DNA of 64,000 bases from Sandaracinaceae bacterium (GTDB lineage: Bacteria > Myxococcota_A > Polyangia > Polyangiales > Houyiibacteriaceae), in assembly GCA_020633075.1 (NCBI GenBank), contig JACKEI010000003.1, forward strand, positions 67,299 through 131,298, written 5' to 3'. This document shows positions 8,256-16,789 of this stretch, in pieces (position 1 is the stretch's first letter; every line of letters begins with the position of its first letter). Position numbers and translations under genes: made by a program. The notes beneath the pieces are model-generated. The model was not told the DNA's origin, ran no database searches, and saw nothing but the letters and a program-made list of their open reading frames with translations.

Positions 8256-9194
8256 CTAGGCGCGCGCGCCGCGGCGCCGGGTGAGCAGGAGCAGACTCAC
8301 TCCGGCGAGCGCGAGCAGGCGTGGCACGGGCGACGCCCTCTGTGCGGCCGGGCCCGCCGCGCACGCCGGGCTGCTCGGGCAACCATCGGGCACGGTGCTG
8401 GCTGCGGAGAGCATGCTGACGTTGCCGACATAGTCCATCGCCACGACCTGATAGCTGCCGGGCACGTCGACCTCGCCCACCTCACCGCTGCAGCGCATCG
8501 CACGAAAGGGGAAGGGGGTGGGGTGCAGCTCGTTTCCCTGTGCTCCCTCGTGCACCAAGAAGTAGCCCGCGATGCCTCCGTCATCGCTCGCGACCCAGCC
8601 TGTGTCTTCGGCGTGGACCGACAGGTACGTTCCCCGGGGCCCGCCGGCGCAGCTGCTGCCCTCGATCCGCACGAGCTCGCTGAAGGAGAAGACGGCCTGA
8701 CCCTCCCCGATGGTGGGCGACGTCACGTCCACCAAGCTGCCCGTCTGGAATGAGGTCAGCGCCACGGGGCCGTCGTCCAGCGCGTCGCCGTAGCAGTCGC
8801 TCGTGATGTAGCCGGGAGGTACCCACGAGCAGTAGGTCGCACGCGGCACGCGGACCTCGTACAGCGTGTCCGCCTGGAGAGCATCGACGGGGGCTCCCAC
8901 GAAGTAGGGCCGGTCCGGGTGCCGCGCGAGCGTCAGCGTCGTCCCCGCCTCGCCGCCTATCGAGAGCTCGACGTCCAGTGTGCTCTCCGCCCGGCTGTCC
9001 ACGGCCACCTGGATGAGCGCGTTGACCGGCACGTCCCGCGCATCCACACGAGGGATCGTGTCTGGACCGTCGTAGAACGGCCCGCTACAGGCCCGTCCAG
9101 CCGCTGGCGCGAGCCACGTGCTGACCGCCAGCAGGCACCCGAGCGCGAGCTGTCTCGACGCACACGACCGCGCTTCCCTCGATAATCCAAGCAT
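8256..9194 (-). CDS. Secreted/surface protein with a MYXO-CTERM-like C-terminal sorting tail
   Basis: 312 aa with an N-terminal signal peptide (LALGCLLAVSTWLAPAAGRAC). The C-terminus has Cys-containing CPSSPAC, then a hydrophobic LLALAGVSLLLL stretch, then TRRRGARA. Confidence 0.55.
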   Translation of the reverse strand: MLGLSREARSCASRQLALGCLLAVSTWLAPAAGRACSGPFYDGPDTIPRVDARDVPVNALIQVAVDSRAESTLDVELSIGGEAGTTLTLARHPDRPYFVGAPVDALQADTLYEVRVPRATYCSWVPPGYITSDCYGDALDDGPVALTSFQTGSLVDVTSPTIGEGQAVFSFSELVRIEGSSCAGGPRGTYLSVHAEDTGWVASDDGGIAGYFLVHEGAQGNELHPTPFPFRAMRCSGEVGEVDVPGSYQVVAMDYVGNVSMLSAASTVPDGCPSSPACAAGPAAQRASPVPRLLALAGVSLLLLTRRRGARA

Positions 9195-9375
9195 GACGAA
9201 AGGCTAGTGCGTGACTCAGGAGCGGCGCAAGCCCTGGTTCGTCCGGAGGGCCGCTTGCTTCGCGGCCCCTCCTCGGCCTGCGTCGGGACGTCTCGTCCCG
9301 TCTTGCGTGCGACCCTTCGTTCTACACCATCCCCTTGCGCCTATCCTGAACCACGCTCTACGCGCCAGGTTGCTC

Positions 9376-10173
9376 ATGCTGCTGCTCCCGCCCGTCGTCA
9401 TCGCCGCCGCCATCTACGGCTACATAGGCGCCATCGCCGCCCTCTCCGTGCTCCTCGGCTGGCGCTGGTGGTTCGACGGCCGCTTCTCGCTGCGCAAGTT
9501 CTACGGGCTGATGGGCTGGGTCCCCGTGTGCTTCGCGCTGCTCGCGGTGTTCTCGGGCGGGCGTTACCTGGCGCTGTTCTTCGCCGCGGCATGCGCCGGC
9601 ATCGCAGGCGAGCTGCTGGTGTCACACGCCTATCACCGCTTCCTCGGTGGGCCGGTCTGGACCTACAGCTACGGCGCGCGGTCGAGCGGCTACACCAGCA
9701 CGCTCAACGTGCTGCCCTGGGCCTTTGGCGGCCTGCTGTTCCAGCAGCTCGGACTGGTGGCGGGCCTCGCGTGGCCGACAACGGCGCCGGTTGGTCAGGT
9801 CATCGCTGTCAGCGGCGCAGCGCTGGGCGCGGGCTGTCTCGCGCTCTGGCCTCTGCGGCGCTTCACGGCGGCTGCGGCGGGGCGCTTCTCCATCGCCGCG
9901 TTTGCACTCTTCTGTGCGCCCATCGGGGTCGTGGCGCTGGCGCTCACCGCGCTGTGCGGGCCGCGCTACGGGCTACTGATGCTCGCCTTCTCGCCGCTGG
10001 GCTTCATCACGGAGTACGCCTACGGGCGCATCATGAGTCTCTTCTTCGAGGAGCCCCTCTGGCGCTATCAGCACCTCCGCATCGACCACGGGCACACGAG
10101 CTTCGTCACGCTGCCTCTGTGGGCGCTCGGCGGCCTCTACTTCTATCTGGTGGCCGGGCTCATCGGTCTCTGA
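9376..10173 (+). CDS. Polytopic membrane protein (internal duplication; weak resemblance to the 'putative ABC-transporter type IV' / DUF1113 fold)
   Basis: The ORF is open from 9211, and ATG 9376 (MLLLPPVVIAAAIYG) is a likelier start. It has at least 6 hydrophobic segments. The motif E..[x]n..GGPVWTYSYG is repeated as EEPLWRYQHL. Confidence 0.5.
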   Translation: MLLLPPVVIAAAIYGYIGAIAALSVLLGWRWWFDGRFSLRKFYGLMGWVPVCFALLAVFSGGRYLALFFAAACAGIAGELLVSHAYHRFLGGPVWTYSYGARSSGYTSTLNVLPWAFGGLLFQQLGLVAGLAWPTTAPVGQVIAVSGAALGAGCLALWPLRRFTAAAAGRFSIAAFALFCAPIGVVALALTALCGPRYGLLMLAFSPLGFITEYAYGRIMSLFFEEPLWRYQHLRIDHGHTSFVTLPLWALGGLYFYLVAGLIGL

Positions 10174-10265
10174 GCGGCTCGCGGCTTCGGACATGGTGGA
10201 CGCGCGGCAGGTCGCCGCAAGCTCGCGCTTGGCGTTGCGCGAGCGCCCGTGGTCTGCTCGATGTC

Positions 10266-10634
10266 ATGAAGTCCACGACCAGCAGGCTCGTTCACGCGCT
10301 CATCACGAACCTTCAGCGTGTCTGCGCGAAGCTGCCCGGCTCCGAGGAGTACGTCATGGTCCACCACCCCGCGTTCCGCGTCGGGAAGAAGCCGTTCGTC
10401 ATCGTAGGCATGGAGGAGGCGAGCAAGGGCGCCACCGTCTCGGTGAACCTGGGCCGCGAGGCGCAGGTGGCCCTGCTGGACGACGAGCGCTTCAGCCGAA
10501 CCCCCTACATCGGTCAGCACGGCTGGGTGACGGTCGCCAGTGAACGGCTGTCGGAGGGAGAGCTCGAGTCGCTGGTGCTGGACAGCTGGCGTCGCGTGGC
10601 CGGGAAGAAGCGTCTGGCGCAGCTGGCGCCGTGA
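10266..10634 (+). CDS. MmcQ/YjbR family DNA-binding protein
   Basis: 122 aa: MKSTTSRLVHAL...HPAFRVGKKPFVIVG...YIGQHGWVTV..L..GELESLVLDSWRRVA, the typical YjbR pattern. It occupies the last third of the spurious 475-aa ORF 9207..10634. Confidence 0.7.
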   Translation: MKSTTSRLVHALITNLQRVCAKLPGSEEYVMVHHPAFRVGKKPFVIVGMEEASKGATVSVNLGREAQVALLDDERFSRTPYIGQHGWVTVASERLSEGELESLVLDSWRRVAGKKRLAQLAP

Positions 10635-10652
10635 GCTCCGCTTCCCTCGCCA

Positions 10653-12620
10653 CTACCCCTCGCTCGCCGCGCGCCGCCGCTCGAGCTCGTCCCAGCGCGC
10701 CATGAGCGCCTCCACTTTCGCGCTCGCGGCCTGCTGCTGGTCCGTGATGCCGCGTACTTCGCCGGGTCGCTCCGCGTAGAGGGTGGGGTCCGCCAGCTGC
10801 GCGTCCAGCGCCGCCAGCACCTGCTCGGCCGCGTCCACCGCCTCCAGCATGCCGTCCAGCTCGCGCTTCTCTTTCTGACTCAGCTTCGCCCCCACCGGCT
10901 TGGCCACGCTCGCCGCGCCCGCGTCACTCTTCGGCGGTGGCACCGTCGCGCTCTTGCCCGTCCCCTTGCCGCTGCCGCCCGCGCGCGCCGCCTTCGCCGC
11001 CGCGTCACTCTCGGTCTGCGCGGCGGCCTTCAGCGTGCGGTACAGCTCGTAGTTGCCGGCGTAGGGCACCACCAGCCCGTCGCCCTCGAAGGCCAGGATG
11101 TGCGTGGCCACGCGGTCCAGGAAGTAGCGGTCGTGGCTCACCACGATGGCCGTGGCGTTGCTCTCCACCAGCATCTCCTCGAGGGAGCTCAGGGTGGCCA
11201 CGTCCAGGTCGTTGGTGGGCTCGTCCAGGAGCAGCACGTTGCTGGGCTTGAGCAACAGCTTGGCCAGCGCCACACGCGCGCGCTCACCGCCGGACAGGGC
11301 CACCACCTTCTGGCGCATGCGGTCTGGCGCGAACAGGAAGCGCGCCAGATACGTCCGCACATCGATGCGCTCGCCGCGGTAGGTGACCTTGTCGTCGTTG
11401 CCGGCCACGTTGACCATCAGGTCGGCGCTGTCGTCGAGCCCGCTGCGCCCCTGGTCGAAGTACCCGAGCTCGGTGTTCTTGCCGATCACCACCTCGCCCG
11501 CGTCTGGCGTGAGCTCACCCACCAGCAGCTTCAGCAGCGTGGACTTGCCCGCGCCGTTGGGGCCCACCACGCCCAGGCGCATACCGCTCGCCAGCATGAA
11601 GGTCAGGTCCTTGATCAGCGGGCGGTCACCCAGCGTGATGCTCACCTCGCGCAGGTCCACGATGGTCTTGCCCAGGCGCGTGGTGTCCAGCGAGAAGCCC
11701 GCCGTGCGCTGCTGCGCGGGCCCAGCCTGATCGCGCGCCGCCTCCGCGCGGTCCACCCGCGACTGGCTCTTGGTGGTGCGCGCCTTGGGCGAGCGCCGCA
11801 GCCACTCGAGCTCCGTGCGCAGGAAGTTCTGGCGGTTGCGCTCGTTGCGGGCCTCGTGCGACTGCCGCTCGGCCTTGGCCATGAGGTACTCCTCCCAGGC
11901 TCCGTCGTACGAGTGGATCTTGCCGCCGTCCACCTCGAGCGTGCGCGTCACCACGCGGTCCAGCACGTAGCGGTCATGCGTGATGAGCACCAGCGCGCCG
12001 CCATAGCTCTCCACCAGGTAGCGCTCCAGCCACTCGATGGTGTCCACGTCCAGGTGGTTGGTGGGCTCGTCCAGGATGGCCAGGCTGGGCTGCGCCACCA
12101 AGAGCCGGGCCAGCGCCACGCGCCGCCGCTCGCCGCCGCTCATGCGGCCCACCGGGGCGTCCGGCTCCAGCACCTTGAAGTGCCCCAGCATGGCGTCCAC
12201 CAGGTGGCCGCGGTCCCAGCCGCCCAGGCGCTCCACCTCCGCGCCGGCCTTGGCCTGGATGTCCAGCAGCTTGTCGAAGTCCGCGTCGGGCTGTCCAAGC
12301 GCCTCGCTCGCGGCGGCGTGCGCCTCATAGGCCACCGACCACGCGCGCAGTCCGTCGCGCACCACCTCACGCGCCGTGCGCTCGGGCGGCAGCTCCGGCT
12401 CCTGCGCCATGTACTCGATGGTCGCGTCGCGGCGGCGCACCACCTCGCCGGCGTCGGCACTCTCGATGCCCGCGAGGATCTTACACAGCGTGCTCTTGCC
12501 CGAGCCGTTGATGCCCACGATGCCCACCCGCTCCCCGGCGTGGACGGAGAGGTCCTCGTTTTCGAGCAGGACGCGAGGGCCGAAGGCCTTGTGGAGACCG
12601 GTGGCGACGAGGATGGGCAT
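10653..12620 (-). CDS. ABC-F family ATPase (Uup-like, two ABC domains plus C-terminal coiled coil)
   Basis: 655 aa with two Walker A motifs (GINGSGKST, GPNGAGKST), two LSGGE signatures and two Walker B motifs (LILDEPTNHLD, LLLDEPTNDLD). There are no TM segments. The C-terminal Lys/Glu-rich helix resembles Uup. Confidence 0.9.
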   Translation of the reverse strand: MPILVATGLHKAFGPRVLLENEDLSVHAGERVGIVGINGSGKSTLCKILAGIESADAGEVVRRRDATIEYMAQEPELPPERTAREVVRDGLRAWSVAYEAHAAASEALGQPDADFDKLLDIQAKAGAEVERLGGWDRGHLVDAMLGHFKVLEPDAPVGRMSGGERRRVALARLLVAQPSLAILDEPTNHLDVDTIEWLERYLVESYGGALVLITHDRYVLDRVVTRTLEVDGGKIHSYDGAWEEYLMAKAERQSHEARNERNRQNFLRTELEWLRRSPKARTTKSQSRVDRAEAARDQAGPAQQRTAGFSLDTTRLGKTIVDLREVSITLGDRPLIKDLTFMLASGMRLGVVGPNGAGKSTLLKLLVGELTPDAGEVVIGKNTELGYFDQGRSGLDDSADLMVNVAGNDDKVTYRGERIDVRTYLARFLFAPDRMRQKVVALSGGERARVALAKLLLKPSNVLLLDEPTNDLDVATLSSLEEMLVESNATAIVVSHDRYFLDRVATHILAFEGDGLVVPYAGNYELYRTLKAAAQTESDAAAKAARAGGSGKGTGKSATVPPPKSDAGAASVAKPVGAKLSQKEKRELDGMLEAVDAAEQVLAALDAQLADPTLYAERPGEVRGITDQQQAASAKVEALMARWDELERRRAASEG

Positions 12621-12652
12621 AGCGCGGGCGCCATACCACGCGAAGACGGGCT

Positions 12653-13939
12653 ATGCTCGGGGACCCGATGACCAAGGCCGCGCTCCACCCCTCTCCTGGG
12701 CATCGCCACACCAGCGACCCGCGCCCCAACCTCGAGCTGGTCTTCGCCCACTCGCTCGAGCAGGACGAGGCCTTGGACCGCTTCGTGGGTGGCCTGACCG
12801 ACATGAGCGGGCCCTGCGCGGACACCCTGGAAGAGGTGCGCGCGGCGCCCGACGGAGTGGACCTGGTGCTGCACCCGGCGGCGCTGCCTGTGGAGATCCG
12901 CAGCCTGCCCGGCCTGCTGCGCGCGTCCGCCTTCACGCTGTCGCTGGGGCCGGGCTACCACGCGCACGTAGCGGACGCGCTGGTGGCCGCAGCGGAGCAG
13001 GCAGGGCTGCGCGCCGCACACGACGTGATCGACTCCTACCTCGCCACGACGGATCTGGGCGGCGTCGAGCAGGCCTGCAACGCGTACTGGCGCGCCTGCA
13101 TGTCGTCGGACCCGACGCTGACCAACGGGGAGCCGTCCGGCACCGCACGGCACGTGGCCATCGACGGCCTGCGTCTGCAGCACCCCGCGCCCTTCCTGCT
13201 CCCTAGCGGCCCCTTCGTCCCACCCGACGCGGACACCGACCCGGCTGCGGCCGTGGTCCCGAGCGAGCACGCGCTGTGGTGGGAGCCGGGTCTGCACGAC
13301 ACCATGCGTCTGCGGCGTGCCGCCTACTCGCTGCGCTACCTCATCCCGCCGCGCCCTCCGCTGGACGAGCTGGAGGTGGGCCGCATGGAGTCGCTGTGCG
13401 ACGACCTGGACGCGCTGCACCAGAGCTCGCCGGAGGACCCCGCCTTGCTGGCGCTGCGTGGGCCCTGGCGTGCGCTGCTGGACGCGCTGGACGGACTGCG
13501 CGAGCGCCCACGGCACCTGAGTCGCGTCACCCCGGACGACACCCTCTGCCTACGCCGCGGGCCCCTCTGGGTGCGGGCGCGCCGCCACGCGTGGCTGCAG
13601 CTGCCCAGCGAGATGAGCATCGCCTGGCGCGGCAACGGCACCTTCTGGGCGGCGGACGAGGGCGTGCAGCTGTGGCTGGAGGTGCACCCCGTGGAGCTGC
13701 TGCCGGGTGAGCCCGCGCCGCCCGCCCACGAGGTCCTGGACGCCGTCGGCGAGTGGGGCCCCGACACCCAGCGTGACGTGGACCGCTTCCTCGAGTGGGA
13801 GAGGCACGAGGACGCCGAGGCGCTGCACGCGGCGGTGTGGCTCGACGGGCAGGTGGGGCTGCTGACCATCCAGCCGCAGGCGGCGGGGCGGGAGCGCGCC
13901 GAGGCCCTCGCGCGTGGGCTCTGTGTGTCGCCGCGTTGA
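12653..13939 (+). CDS. Hypothetical protein
   Basis: A 428-aa ORF with GC3-rich codon usage and non-repetitive composition. An alternative start is MTKAAL at 12668. I recognise no domain. Confidence 0.45.
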   Translation: MLGDPMTKAALHPSPGHRHTSDPRPNLELVFAHSLEQDEALDRFVGGLTDMSGPCADTLEEVRAAPDGVDLVLHPAALPVEIRSLPGLLRASAFTLSLGPGYHAHVADALVAAAEQAGLRAAHDVIDSYLATTDLGGVEQACNAYWRACMSSDPTLTNGEPSGTARHVAIDGLRLQHPAPFLLPSGPFVPPDADTDPAAAVVPSEHALWWEPGLHDTMRLRRAAYSLRYLIPPRPPLDELEVGRMESLCDDLDALHQSSPEDPALLALRGPWRALLDALDGLRERPRHLSRVTPDDTLCLRRGPLWVRARRHAWLQLPSEMSIAWRGNGTFWAADEGVQLWLEVHPVELLPGEPAPPAHEVLDAVGEWGPDTQRDVDRFLEWERHEDAEALHAAVWLDGQVGLLTIQPQAAGRERAEALARGLCVSPR

Positions 13940-13969
13940 CGTACGCGCGCCGCGCTCTAGGGTGGCGCG

Positions 13970-14449
13970 ATGACCGACACGACCGAGACCCCCAAGAGCG
14001 AGCTGGAGCTGCGCCTGGCCGAAGACCTCAAGCAGGCCATGCGCGACAAGAACACCGTCGCGCGCGACACGCTGCGCATGCTCAAGGCCGAGCTGCTGCG
14101 CGAGCAGGTCAAGGTCGACGACCCGAACGACCCGCAGACCAGCGTGGACGAGATGGCCGTGCTGCTGCGCGCCGTGAAGACGCGCCGCGAGTCCGCCGCC
14201 GAGTACGAGAAGGGCGGGCGGGCCGAGCTGGCCGCCAACGAGCTGGCCGAGGTCGAGGTGCTGAGCGCCTACCTGCCGAAGCCCATGGACGATGACCAGG
14301 CCCGAGCGGCGCTGCGCGCGCTCTCCGCGGAGCTGGGGATCACCGAGAAGAAGCAGATGAGCCAGCTGATGAAGGTGGCTCTCGACCGGCACCGGGGCAC
14401 CATGGACGGCCGGCAGGCCTCGCGCCTGCTCGGTGAGATCCTGAGCTGA
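13970..14449 (+). CDS. GatB/YqeY domain-containing protein
   Basis: 159 aa: L..DLKQAMRDKN..ARDTLRMLKAELL...YEKGGRAELAANELAEVEVLSAYLP...MSQLMKVAL....G.MDGRQASRLL, the canonical YqeY pattern. Confidence 0.85.
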   Translation: MTDTTETPKSELELRLAEDLKQAMRDKNTVARDTLRMLKAELLREQVKVDDPNDPQTSVDEMAVLLRAVKTRRESAAEYEKGGRAELAANELAEVEVLSAYLPKPMDDDQARAALRALSAELGITEKKQMSQLMKVALDRHRGTMDGRQASRLLGEILS

Positions 14450-14460
14450 TGAAGGGGTGA

Positions 14461-14496
14461 GCGGCGGCGGAGCGCATCGGACGCTGCCGCCGTCGC
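14461..14496. terminator. Putative bidirectional stem-loop between convergent genes
   Basis: GCGGCGGCGGAGCG-CATCGGA-CGCTGCCGCCGTCGC forms a stem of about 14 bp with one bulge. There is no U-tract. It lies between the stops at 14449 (+) and 14507 (-). Confidence 0.35.
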
Positions 14497-14506
14497 GGTC
14501 AGGCGC

Positions 14507-15082
14507 TCAGGCGCCCTGGCGGGCCAGGACGAAGTAGCCCATGACGGTGTGCTCGTCCTTGTACGCCTTGCCGATGCTCACGTGCGTCGACACCTTGCGC
14601 AGGTAGTCGCGGCAGCGGTGGAACACGAAGCGCTGCAGGCCGACCGAGTTGGGCACGATCTCCGGCCAGCCGGTGGGCACCTCGCCCGCCGGACACATGA
14701 AGTAGTCCACCACCACGTGCCCGCGCGGGTCCTTGCCCGTCTCGCGCGCCACGAAGTAGCCCGGGCCGATGACGCTGCGCAGGACGCCTTCGTTGTAGCC
14801 GAAGACCGAGCCGTCCAGGCCACGCGTGCACGGCTTCTGGAACTTTCGGAAGGCGGGCTGGTTGTTCATGCCTTCGTGGACGACGGGGTGCAGCGTGCCA
14901 CCCTCGGGGGCCAGGTGGTCCAGCGTGATCACCGGGCTGGCGAGATCGAAGAGCTTCTTCTGGTCCCCCCGCGACAGGGCCATGGCCTCGGCGGTGCGGA
15001 CGTCTTGCGCGAGGCCGTCCAGGTGCTTGCCGATGCGGTCGAGCGAGGCTCCGCTGCGGAGCAGGTCGGTGAAGGTGGTCAT
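14507..15082 (-). CDS. Conserved-looking hypothetical protein
   Basis: The ORF is open to 15121, and ATG 15082 (MTTFTDLL) is the likelier start. It is 191 aa, non-repetitive and globular in composition. No domain recognised. Confidence 0.5.
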   Translation of the reverse strand: MTTFTDLLRSGASLDRIGKHLDGLAQDVRTAEAMALSRGDQKKLFDLASPVITLDHLAPEGGTLHPVVHEGMNNQPAFRKFQKPCTRGLDGSVFGYNEGVLRSVIGPGYFVARETGKDPRGHVVVDYFMCPAGEVPTGWPEIVPNSVGLQRFVFHRCRDYLRKVSTHVSIGKAYKDEHTVMGYFVLARQGA

Positions 15083-15155
15083 AGCGGCGCCCATGAGACG
15101 CTGTTTCCAGCCAGGCCGCAAGCCTCATCGTGGTACACACAGCCCCGAGAAACGC

Positions 15156-15701
15156 ATGCACGGACTACGCTGCTCCCCCGAAATCCCCGGCTTCACGCGC
15201 CTGCTCGACGAGTGGGTCGTGGGCCTGACCCGCTACCACCAAGAGCCTGCAGGCGTGTTCGCCGACGCGTCCCTCTTCGAGCGCAGCTTCGTAGAGGCCA
15301 CCACGCGCGTGCGCGCCTTCGCTTGGGGTGCCGGTGAGGTGCAGCCCACGCAGGTGCTGGACCAGCGCACCACCTTCGAGCTGCAGGGCTACGACTACAG
15401 CGTCGCGCTCCGGCACTTGACCGTCAGCAGCGCGGCGGAGCTCGCCACGGCGGGAGAGGCCTGTATGCTGGAGGCCGCCCAGGCCACGGCCGACGCCCCC
15501 GAGCACCTGCGCGTCGGCGTGGTCCTGGTGAGCGTGCGCGCGCCCGGCGTGGCCGGCGACTACCGGGACCAGACCCGACAGCTGGCCAGCACGGGGGCGG
15601 CCTGGAGCTTCCCGAGCGCCGAGGAGGGCCCGGCGTACGCGTACAGCGGCGCGGGCTACCTCGGTGGCATCCTCCTGGCGCGGCGGCTGCTGCCCACCTG
15701 A
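15156..15701 (+). CDS. Hypothetical protein
   Basis: ATG at 15156 within ORF 14826..15701. It is divergent from the previous gene. 181 aa, no domain recognised. Confidence 0.4.
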   Translation: MHGLRCSPEIPGFTRLLDEWVVGLTRYHQEPAGVFADASLFERSFVEATTRVRAFAWGAGEVQPTQVLDQRTTFELQGYDYSVALRHLTVSSAAELATAGEACMLEAAQATADAPEHLRVGVVLVSVRAPGVAGDYRDQTRQLASTGAAWSFPSAEEGPAYAYSGAGYLGGILLARRLLPT

Positions 15702-15760
15702 CTCGCTGCGGGCCAGGGCCGCGTGCGGCGCAGTTGACCCCAGGTGGCCGGTGCCAGACT

Positions 15761-16789
15761 ATGGCGCCCATGAGGATTCTGCGTATACGCCCGCTGGTGC
15801 TGAGCCTGCTCGTCGCCCAAGCGCTAGGGGCCTCGGCTCCCGCGCGCGCCCAGACCGAGGGGGACGCTCCGCTCGAGGGGCACGACGAGGCGGCCATTGC
15901 GGAAGCACGCGAGCGCTACGCGCAGGGAGCCGAGTTCTTCCGCCGCGAGCGCTACTCGGCCGCCATCGCCGAGCTCACGGAGGCCTACCGCCTCTGGCAG
16001 AACCCCACCATCCTCTTCGCGCTGGGTCAGGCGTACGAGGGAGACGCCCAGGTGCAGGCGGCCATCGACACCTACCAACGCTATCTGGACACCACGCCCG
16101 AGACCGATGGACGCCGCGCCGACGTAGAGAGCCGCATTCGTCTGCTGAACGGCCTGTTGGCCACCGTGCAGATCCAGACGAACGCGCCCGGGACGGTGTT
16201 CGTCAACGGGCAAGAGGCGGGCACCACGCCGGGGTCCATCCGTGTGCCGACGGGTCGCCACCAGATCGAGGTGCGCGCCGAGGGGTATCGGCCAGAGCGG
16301 CGCACGCTGACGATCGCCGCAGGCACCGAGACGCAGCTGACCTTCACCCTGCGTGAGGAAGAGACGCGCACGGAGATCATCCGCGTGACCGAGGGGCGCG
16401 CCCCCATCCGCCTGCCGCGTCCCGTCTTTCTGGCCACGGCGGGGGTGACCGTGGCCGCCGTGGGGGCCTGGGCGGGCCTGGGTGGAACCGCCGTGCGGCG
16501 CGCCAACCAGTACAACGCGCAGCCGGTACGCTCGGACACCGAACGCCGTGAGGCGCGCGCGTGGGGGCGCCGCGCGGACGTCATGATGGGGCTGGCGGGC
16601 GGCTTGGCCATCGGCACGCTGGTCGTGGGTCTGCTGACCGACTGGGACGGGGAGGACGAACCCGCGTCGGGTGCGGCGGAGGGCGACGGCGACGGTGACG
16701 GCGCCGCAGGCGCGACCGGTGCGACTCCCGAGGCCAACGTGCTGCCGCAGCGTGGCGGCGCGCTCTTGCTGCTGGGGTGGCGCCGATGA
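15761..16789 (+). CDS. TPR plus PEGA domain membrane-anchored protein
   Basis: Signal peptide MAPMRILRIRPLVLSLLVAQALGASAPARAQ. A TPR-like segment reads YAQGAEFFRRERYSAAIAELTEAY. The PEGA domain reads TVFVNGQEAGTTPGSIRVPTGRHQIEVRAEGY. There is a TM helix and an acidic tail. Confidence 0.7.
   Translation: MAPMRILRIRPLVLSLLVAQALGASAPARAQTEGDAPLEGHDEAAIAEARERYAQGAEFFRRERYSAAIAELTEAYRLWQNPTILFALGQAYEGDAQVQAAIDTYQRYLDTTPETDGRRADVESRIRLLNGLLATVQIQTNAPGTVFVNGQEAGTTPGSIRVPTGRHQIEVRAEGYRPERRTLTIAAGTETQLTFTLREEETRTEIIRVTEGRAPIRLPRPVFLATAGVTVAAVGAWAGLGGTAVRRANQYNAQPVRSDTERREARAWGRRADVMMGLAGGLAIGTLVVGLLTDWDGEDEPASGAAEGDGDGDGAAGATGATPEANVLPQRGGALLLLGWRR

Noticed and set aside
9207-10634. 475-aa ORF suggesting one large protein
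   Set aside because: The first two thirds overlap the better membrane-protein frame (9211/9376..10173) and are Arg-rich. Only the last 122 codons (from ATG 10266) match the MmcQ/YjbR family.
11100-12671. 523-aa + strand ORF, plus similar long ORFs at 16081..17979(-), 22086..23792(-), 52360..54618(-), 54134..56221(-), 1858..2952(+), 3805..5424(+), 48753..49982(-) and 28785..29918(-)
   Set aside because: All are antisense or out of frame relative to genes with unambiguous family motifs (ABC-F, FG-GAP protein, HemY, GluQRS, CANSDH, GdhA fragment, transposase, Fbp, NorB/NorQ). They show no motifs themselves.
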